Notes under the pieces: model-generated | Seen by the model: only the letters and a program-made list of their open reading frames with translations | Database searches by the model: none | Told to the model about the DNA's origin: nothing | Program-made: the position numbers and the translations under genes | In this document: positions 57,701 through 64,000 of the stretch, piece by piece | How the letters are laid out: each line of letters begins with the position of its first letter | How positions within the stretch are numbered: position 1 is the stretch's first letter | NCBI GenBank assembly: GCA_030141605.1 | Contig: JAQGDQ010000982.1 | Location: 1 to 64,000, forward strand | Direction of reading: 5' to 3' | DNA: 64,000 nt | Source: Tubiluchus corallicola | Lineage: Eukaryota > Animalia > Priapulida

Positions 57701-59039
57701 ATGAGGGAAGAAACTTGCTGTTTTCTAGCGTCAAGTCAGTTGCCTATTTCTTCTGTTTGGTCAATGGCAGTTGTTACCAGGTGCTACATGCATAAAGCTT
57801 ACATAGGCTTACTATTACTTGAGAAGAACAGTATTTGTTCCAAACATTTAAGTAGAAATCACAACTTGTTTCCTAGTCTAAAATGAAGTACAGTACAATG
57901 TTAATAATAATGTTTCCTGTGTGTCAAATCACAGAGGCAGTGCAAACGTCTTTTCCTTTACTTATCACTTCTTTGAGTGAATGTGTTCTGCCCTGGGCCT
58001 CACCTCTTTCTTTACCAAAGGAAGTATTCAAAAATTAATTAAATGATTTCTCTAGTTATGGCGCTTCGTGATTCAAAATTTAGAAAGCATAAGCTAATAT
58101 GCTTTGTCACGTTCGCACAACATGTGCTTCTGTAAAGGTAGAGCGAAGGCATAGAAAAAAATGTTGCGTGTTAAAAATGGTTGCAACGAAGAAACACAAA
58201 AGGAAGCTATTACCAAATATTTCAAGAATTAAGAGCAGACATGACCAAATGATTTTTTAAATTACAAGCAAATGACACCAACAATGTTTCGCGACCTGCT
58301 AGATAAAATGAAAATTTCACCTGTCATACAAAAGAGTAATACCAACGTCAGTGCTCCAGGGTAAATTTCGTGCATATAATATAATAATTTTTGATATCCC
58401 ACCTCTTTGGTTTGTCAATTATTATAAGGACCAGAAGAAACTCTCTATAAGCTTTCTTTGAATTTCTACCTTCTGGTACCTGTGTATCTATAAACCTTAT
58501 TATGAATTCCCTATTCCTTTCTTGGCGCTCCGTCTTCATTTCACCATGCAGCCACAAACATCAGTTTCCGCACCAATGTTAATTAGTTGTTATTAGATGT
58601 TGTAAACATGGTGCCTTTCTTAATTGTGTCATTGCATAGGTACCACCTTTGTCATTTTAAAGCAAATATAGAAAAGCTGTTACTACATGTATCTACAAAT
58701 GAAATAGACAGTAAGTCCATACTTTTGTAGAGAATGAGCACAGAATACGTACAGAATGAGTTATTACATTTAATTAACTGTTATACATGTTTTTATGAGT
58801 TGTTGTTAATTTTGCTAAACAATTGTTAAGTAAATTTTTAATAAAATATTTTGCAGTTCACTTACAACTTAATATGAATCAGTCATATCAAACTAAATTA
58901 AAATATAGTAGTAGTTGTTTGTCCCAATATTTTATTGTTAAATTGTTTGAGTTGTCGTTTTTCTGTTTCAGATTATAGAAGTTGCTGATGAGGGAAGAAA
59001 CTTGCTGTTTTCTAGCGTCAAGTCAGTTGCCTATTTCTT
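33784..59039 (+). repeat. Tandem satellite array, ~1285-bp monomer, 19 full monomers plus partial end units
   Basis: Anchor GTTGCTGATGAGGG (or a variant) at ~33933, 34565, 35850, 37133, 38417, 39704, 40983, 42282, 43570, 44859, 46147, 47427, 48716, 50004, 51294, 52576, 53865, 55120, 56407, 57694 and 58981. Confidence 0.97.
38781..39079 (+). pseudogene. Decayed N-terminal fragment of a PIF/Harbinger-type transposase (representative copy; present in each full monomer)
   Basis: Manual translation across frameshifts gives MALRGSKFRKHKLICF...RHRKKCCV/KWLQRRNTKGSYYQIFQELRAD.../NYKQMTPTMFSDLLDKMKISPVIQKSNTNVRA. This resembles the Harbinger pattern WVxxWLxRRxxxGxYxxLxxELR...F.NY.RM....F..LL..I.P.I.K..T..R. 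Confidence 0.7.
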
Positions 59040-59589
59040 TTAAGCACATACACGTTTCCCTACCTATTAAATGTAGTCTTGCCCTTTTAACTGTCATCAG
59101 TCATGTGACCAGGTAGTTGGCCATGTAGACATTACCTGACATGCAATTCAATTGATATGATGTGAATGTTGTTGTTGATTTCTTATTGTTTTTTCTTGCA
59201 AGTTATAAGTGCCAAAACTCAGGGAGACCACATGTAAGTGTCTAATTATGTTTATTGAACTACTTTATGCTATTAGAACAATTTAGCTGTCATTTTTTTG
59301 TACAATTATAGACGATAATCACGTTAGCTAATTTCGTAATGTACCTTTATCAAACTTATCTTTTTCATTGAAAACTTATTGCTGTAATTTATTATTACAG
59401 ATGAAACGACAATTGCTGCATGTTAAACATTTGATGTTCTGGAGTTTAAATGTAGTACAGTTTTATATGCCTCGCCGGGAGTTTCATGTTGCCATTAAGC
59501 AGTGACCTTGGTTCAGGCGCAGGAAGTTTGACATGCTTACCTGATAGCTTTGCTCATTATGGGTTTCTACAGCGTAGCTGGTTTCTACA
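59039..59589 (+). repeat. Putative 5' LTR (boundaries approximate)
   Basis: ~550 bp of non-coding sequence between the satellite break and the ORF. It begins TTTAAGCAC (one mismatch from TGTAAG). Candidate ...TTCTACA ends at 59571 and 59589; internal GTAAGT...TTACAG. The second LTR is outside the window, so this is unverified. Confidence 0.5.
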
Positions 59590-59714
59590 GGTAAAGCTGC
59601 ATGAACTCTGTGAACTTGGACACGTCAGCTAATGGGCAATAGATGGCACTTCGGTATTGAAAGGTGATCCTAAAATTTTTGCAAAAATTGACACTAAGAG
59701 CAATTTAATTTCAA

Positions 59715-60989
59715 TTGAAAATATCATCAGCGTTATTCACTAAAAGCGAACTGGAAAATAAAGTAGTTGAAGAGCTGAGGCAAATTCTTTGTAGCATGTC
59801 TTTGGCGGTTTCTGGCAACAAGGCAAATTTAGTACAACGAATTTTGAAGCAACAGGAAACCGGTCCTTGTATACCAGGCTCTCCAGATGAATCAGCCGAT
59901 TTATCGCCACCCTCAATAGTAACTGACCAATCCATGCAAGAGAAACGTAGGAGCGAAAAGTCCACCAAATCCTCGAGTGTGACGTCATCGAAGAAGAGTG
60001 CCAAGCTAAGAAACCAAGAGCTTATGATTAAAGAACAAGAACTCAAACTCCAAGCGATGAGAATACGACATGAACGCATGCAGAATGAGTGTAGTTCTGA
60101 AGATGAACGTGATGAAGACAGCTTTGGTTCTGCAACTGATGTTGAGACCAGGTTAGTGGACCATGGAACATCAGACTCAAAGGTCAAAGCATGGCTAAGG
60201 TCAAGGTCAACATACACCGATCCGACAGTTAAACATACACAAACTACATGCGAAAGCAATGAGAATTATTTGTCTGAAGCCTTTGTTACTCTAGCAACTA
60301 CTGATAAGTATGCTTTGGGAGCACTTGTTCTTGCTTCTAGTTTGCGTCGCACAGGTACAATGAGATGCTTAGTCATCATGGTAACAGAGGGTATTTCTTG
60401 TGATATTATGACACTTTTGAGAAATGCATTTGATTTGGTTGAACATGTCAGTATTATTGATAGTCATGAGTTTAAAAGGTTACAATTGTTAGGAAGACCA
60501 GAACTTAATGTGAGTTTTACTAAGCTACATTGTTGGAGGTTGACACAATTTAGCAAATGTGTTTTTGTAGATTCTGATACAATTGTATTAGATAATGTTG
60601 ATGACATGTTTAGATTTAAAGAGCTTTCAGCTGCCCCTGATGTAGGCTGGCCAGATTGCTTTAACTCTGGGGTGTTTGTTTACAAACCATGTATTGATAT
60701 GTATAATAAGTTAATGTTGTATGCTAAGTCAGAATCCTGTACTTTTGATGGTGGGGACCAAGGATTATTGAATCAGTTTTTTAAAGACTGGTCAACTAGT
60801 TATGAAAAACATTTGCCATTCACTTATAATGCTGTCATTCAGGGTCGGTACGGATATTTACCAGCTTTAATGCAATTTGGGAAAAATGTAAAAATTGCTC
60901 ATTTTTTAGGTCAACATAAGCCATGGCACTATATTGAACACGATTCGCACACAGCTCACGTGGCGCCACCTGTTGGCAAAAAAGGTTAA
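59715..60989 (+). CDS. Gag N-terminal segment: SAP domain (~59751-59852), charged linker, glycogenin (GT8) catalytic domain (from ~60276)
   Basis: LENKVVEELRQILCSMSLAVSGNKANLVQRIL fits the SAP consensus. EAFVTLATTDKYALGALVL, RPELNVSFTKLHCWRLTQFSKCVFVDSD, ELSAAPDVGWPDCFNSGVFV, FDGGDQGLLN, HLPFTYN, YGYLPA and HFLGQHKPW are glycogenin hallmarks. The true start is uncertain, and the TAA at 60987 looks premature. Confidence 0.9.
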   Translation: MKISSALFTKSELENKVVEELRQILCSMSLAVSGNKANLVQRILKQQETGPCIPGSPDESADLSPPSIVTDQSMQEKRRSEKSTKSSSVTSSKKSAKLRNQELMIKEQELKLQAMRIRHERMQNECSSEDERDEDSFGSATDVETRLVDHGTSDSKVKAWLRSRSTYTDPTVKHTQTTCESNENYLSEAFVTLATTDKYALGALVLASSLRRTGTMRCLVIMVTEGISCDIMTLLRNAFDLVEHVSIIDSHEFKRLQLLGRPELNVSFTKLHCWRLTQFSKCVFVDSDTIVLDNVDDMFRFKELSAAPDVGWPDCFNSGVFVYKPCIDMYNKLMLYAKSESCTFDGGDQGLLNQFFKDWSTSYEKHLPFTYNAVIQGRYGYLPALMQFGKNVKIAHFLGQHKPWHYIEHDSHTAHVAPPVGKKG

Positions 60990-61049
60990 GAATTTGACAT
61001 ATTGAACAAGTGGATACAGATCTTTGATACTGACGTTAGGCCACTGCTG
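60276..61049 (+). other. GYG: Intronless glycogenin catalytic domain embedded in the retrotransposon polyprotein
   Basis: Colinear with animal glycogenin from the AFVTL start to the last helix. EFDILNKWIQIFDTDVRPLL after the TAA matches EFLILWWNIFTTNVLPLL of human GYG1 as I recall it. DxD at 60570-60578; acceptor-Tyr equivalent at 60849. Confidence 0.92.
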
Positions 61050-61580
61050 GAAGACAAAAATATTCGTTTACCTTTGCAGCATCCAAGTTCTGGAAATCAG
61101 TGTCTGAATGCATCAGCATCTGCTTTTATTCCACTAGCGCATGGCAGTAATATACTGCGCGAGAATAGTTATGCTTTTAATTATACTCAACCTACCATTT
61201 GTACTGATAACTTAAGCGACATGCCTAATCAATGCCATCCACAGAGCAATGACATGGCTATGATTATGAACATCATGCTTGAAGCACAACGTCAACATAC
61301 CAACATGTACAAAGCAATGCAACTTCCAATAGCGGAGTTGGACAAATTTGATGGTAACGTTCTAAACTTTTGGCAATTCATGCGACGTTTTGAAGCCAAC
61401 GTCGAGAGCTACACACAAGATGAGGCTGCGAGGTTTCAGAGATTAATGCAATTTTGCACAGGCAAAGCCAAAAAAGTTGTGGAAAGTTGTAGCTACATGG
61501 ACCCCAGTCGAGCATACAAGCATGCAAAGCAGTTACTCATCGACAGATTCGGCTCTTCGTTTATGGTTACTCAGGCTTGA
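61002..61580 (+). CDS. Polyprotein segment 2: end of glycogenin, PAM2-like motif, start of BEL Gag (DUF1759-like)
   Basis: Same frame as 59715. LPIAELDKFDGNVLNFWQFMRRFE...LMQFCTGKAKKVVESC...AKQLLIDRFG is typical BEL/Pao Gag. The terminal TGA sits where Trp is expected (TQA*MSKI). Confidence 0.88.
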   Translation: MNKWIQIFDTDVRPLLEDKNIRLPLQHPSSGNQCLNASASAFIPLAHGSNILRENSYAFNYTQPTICTDNLSDMPNQCHPQSNDMAMIMNIMLEAQRQHTNMYKAMQLPIAELDKFDGNVLNFWQFMRRFEANVESYTQDEAARFQRLMQFCTGKAKKVVESCSYMDPSRAYKHAKQLLIDRFGSSFMVTQA

Positions 61581-62729
61581 ATGTCAAAAATAATCGAGTT
61601 TGACCAAATCAAGGCCAATGACAACGAGAAGCTGCGTGAATTTGCTGACTTGCTTTTAAGCTGTGTCGAGACGTTGAAAGCAATGAATAATCTCAGCGAA
61701 ATTAATACACAGACAAATCTCGTTCAGATTGTTAAAAAACTGCCATACAAATTTCATGTTAAATGGAAAGATGTGGTGTCCAGGATAGCAAAACATGAAA
61801 TCAGAAACCCATGTATTTATGATTTGCTAACATTCATTCAGGAAAATGCTGAAAAAATGAACCACCCTGTATATGGTAGCCTCGGAGATTGGGAAAAACC
61901 TAAACGAAGCATCTTTGCCAAAAATTACGCCACCTCTGCTAAAGCACCTCAAGTTCAAGCAAACAATGGCAAGGCGAAAACAAATCAAGAAAAGCCGCAA
62001 ACCAAAAGCACCCAATTTTGCAAGAAAGTTTGCATATTTTGCAACTCAAATGAGCATTCTTCTCTTGGACAGTGTGAAGCTTTTGCAGCTATGGACCCCC
62101 CAGCTAAGTTGATGTTCGTGCGTAAGGAACGCCTCTGCTTTAATTGTTTGGCGAAAGGAAAACATAGAGCAGCTAGATGTTTCAAACCGTCTTGTAGTGT
62201 TAATGAATGCAACAAGAAGCATTCAGCTTTATTGGACGATGCAGTGGGGAGGCTGAGCAGTTCTTCTTCAGATGTTAATAGGCTTGCCAGGGATGAGCAG
62301 CAAAGAAAAGACGAGACTGAAGCTACAAGCTGTGCAAATAAGGGCAGTTCTAAAGGAAAGAAGATAGCATTGCCTATGGTCAAAGTTCAAGTACATGTAC
62401 ATGGAAGAAAGCCAGTTGAAGCCATGGCTCTGTTAGACCCTGGATCTACAAACACGTTTTGTTCCAGGAAGCTGTTTGACAGTATAGGTGCTGAAGGAAA
62501 AGAGGATGTTCTTATACTAACCACAATCGAGAAACGCCAAAGTAAAGCAGACACTTTAGTTACAAGTTTCGTTGTTACGGACAGCATTGGTGAAAACAGA
62601 ATCTTGTTGCCTCATGTTTTTGTTCGACAGTCACTGATGCTAGATACAGAATGCTTGGCATCAGTCGCAGATGTTCAAAAATGGCCGCACTTGAAAGAGA
62701 TAGCGTCATCTTTAGTTGAGTATCACTGA
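61581..62729 (+). CDS. Polyprotein segment 3: Gag C-terminus, three Zn knuckles (~62031-62238), aspartic protease
   Basis: Same frame. CIFC-x4-H-x5-C, CFNC-x5-H-x4-C, C-x4-C-x3-HSALL; ALLDPGSTNTFC with Asp at 62436. Confidence 0.9.
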   Translation: MSKIIEFDQIKANDNEKLREFADLLLSCVETLKAMNNLSEINTQTNLVQIVKKLPYKFHVKWKDVVSRIAKHEIRNPCIYDLLTFIQENAEKMNHPVYGSLGDWEKPKRSIFAKNYATSAKAPQVQANNGKAKTNQEKPQTKSTQFCKKVCIFCNSNEHSSLGQCEAFAAMDPPAKLMFVRKERLCFNCLAKGKHRAARCFKPSCSVNECNKKHSALLDDAVGRLSSSSSDVNRLARDEQQRKDETEATSCANKGSSKGKKIALPMVKVQVHVHGRKPVEAMALLDPGSTNTFCSRKLFDSIGAEGKEDVLILTTIEKRQSKADTLVTSFVVTDSIGENRILLPHVFVRQSLMLDTECLASVADVQKWPHLKEIASSLVEYH

Positions 62730-64000
62730 CACGATGAAGACCTAAGCTTACTAATCGGTCTTGACGTACCTGATGCCTTGGCCCCTCTGCAAGTTAGACG
62801 TGGTCCTGTAAACGCTCCTTATGCTGTTAAGACGAAGCCTGGATGGACGTTGAATGGGCCTATAGCGGACGGCAAAGTACACAACGTGTCAGTAAATAAT
62901 TATGTTCTGGTCAAGGAGTCTTCTGAAGCCAAAACAGATGTCCTGCAGCAGCAAGTCGAGAGATTTTGGAAAATAGATTCTGTTTTGGATGATGAGCAGT
63001 ATTCTAGAGAAGAGATGATGGTCATCGATATTTGGGAAAGCTCAATAACCAAAAGAGACGGCCACTATGAGTTAGAAATACCATTTAAAGGCAAACATAA
63101 TGTTATTCCTGATAGCTTTCAGGTGGCAGCAAAACGGCTCAATGGACTCAGAAGAAAATTCACCAAGAATCCCATTCTTCATCAAAAGTACACTGACGGA
63201 ATCAACGATTTGCTAAATAAGGGTCATGCAGAGCTAGTGGAAGAACAATCAGCAAGTACTCCTACACATCTGACTTGGTATCTTCCTCACTTCCCAGTCT
63301 TTAACGAAAATAAACCAGATAAAACCCGTATTGTTTTTGATTGCGGTGCAGAGTGCGAAGGTATCTCACTGAACAAATTGGCTTTGCAAGGTCCTGACCT
63401 TACGAATAATTTGGTTGGTGTCCTCTTGCGATTTAGGCAGTATCCAGTTGCCGTGCTAGCAGATATACGTGAGATGTATCACCAAGTGTTTGTTTCGCCC
63501 AAGCATAGAGATATGCTGAGGTTCATTTGGTGGCCTGAGGGACGAATTGACCAGCCTCTTCAGATACTTAGAATGACCGTGCATCTTTTTGGAGGGGTTT
63601 GGTCCCCCAGTGCGGCGTCATTTGCCTTGAAACGCACTGCATTGGACTACCAATACAGCTTTGATAAAGAAACGGTAGCAACTGTGCTTTACAATTTTTA
63701 TGTGGATGACAGCCTAAAGTCAGTCGAAAATGTAGAGCAAGCATTGAAGCTAATTACTCAGCTAAAGCTGCTTTTGCAGAAGGGTGGATTTTGTTTGACG
63801 AAATGGATGTCAAACGATAAACGTGTTCTCGACACTATCCCAATTGAAGATAGGGGAAAAGGTGTTAAAGATCTAAACTTGTCACATGACACACTGCCAA
63901 ATGAGCATGCATTGGGAATAAGTTGGCAGATGGAGGCTGATACGCTAGGCGTCCATGTAAAACAAAAGGAGCATCCCAATACAAAGCGTGGATTGCTTAG
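62730..64000 (+). CDS. Polyprotein segment 4: protease C-terminal part and BEL/Pao reverse transcriptase (runs to the window end; absent from the ORF track)
   Basis: Manual translation: LLIGLDVPDAL...PYAVKTKPGWTLNGP...GHYELEIPFK...WYLPHFPV...MTVHLFGGVWSPS...NFYVDD (YVDD at 63699-63710). Confidence 0.92.

Larger units (their letters stand above)
59039..64000 (+). mobile_element. BEL/Pao LTR retrotransposon (5' part; runs off the window) carrying a glycogenin domain
   Basis: The satellite ends abruptly mid-monomer. A single reading frame follows with BEL-type Gag, three Cys/His knuckles, LLDPGS protease and an RT with WYLPHFPV, RIVFDC, QGPDLTNNLVGVLLRFRQ, ADIREMYHQV and NFYVDD. Confidence 0.93.

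Noticed and set aside
34566-58557. Recurrent 60-86 aa ORFs (MLMREKTCC..., MKYSAML..., MWLHGEMK...) as a tandem gene cluster
   Set aside because: They open and close at random among monomers through frameshifts and stops, mostly use non-ATG starts, and resemble no histone, rRNA, 5S, snRNA or tRNA repeat that I can recognise.
59711-60259. 182-aa minus-strand ORF (also 61985-62383, 62387-62587, 63758-63979)
   Set aside because: Antisense shadows of the retrotransposon polyprotein with no recognisable motifs.
59715-60989. Stand-alone host glycogenin gene
   Set aside because: It is intronless, lacks the synthase-binding tail, is preceded by SAP and an LTR-like region, and continues in frame into BEL Gag-Pol.

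Overview
AT-rich, microsatellite-laden eukaryotic (invertebrate-like) heterochromatic DNA. It has no intact host gene and no prokaryotic features. There are three blocks. (1) About 1.3-33.2 kb is one giant imperfect palindrome: left arm ~1322-15670, spacer ~3.4 kb, right arm ~19089-33207. It is built from degenerate exon-like modules, simple repeats and a CCAAT/GC-box promoter-like cluster. (2) About 33.8-59.0 kb is a tandem array of a ~1285-bp satellite (19 full monomers plus partials; fragments also at 1-1318). Its monomer carries the decayed N-terminus of a PIF/Harbinger-type transposase. (3) From ~59.04 kb to the window end, a BEL/Pao LTR retrotransposon interrupts the satellite. Its single-frame Gag-Pol polyprotein (three in-frame stops) reads SAP - intronless glycogenin (GT8) catalytic domain - PAM2-like motif - Gag - three Zn knuckles - protease - RT. 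The glycogenin domain fused inside a retrotransposon Gag is the most striking observation. All identifications come from reading motifs by eye; no database search was run.
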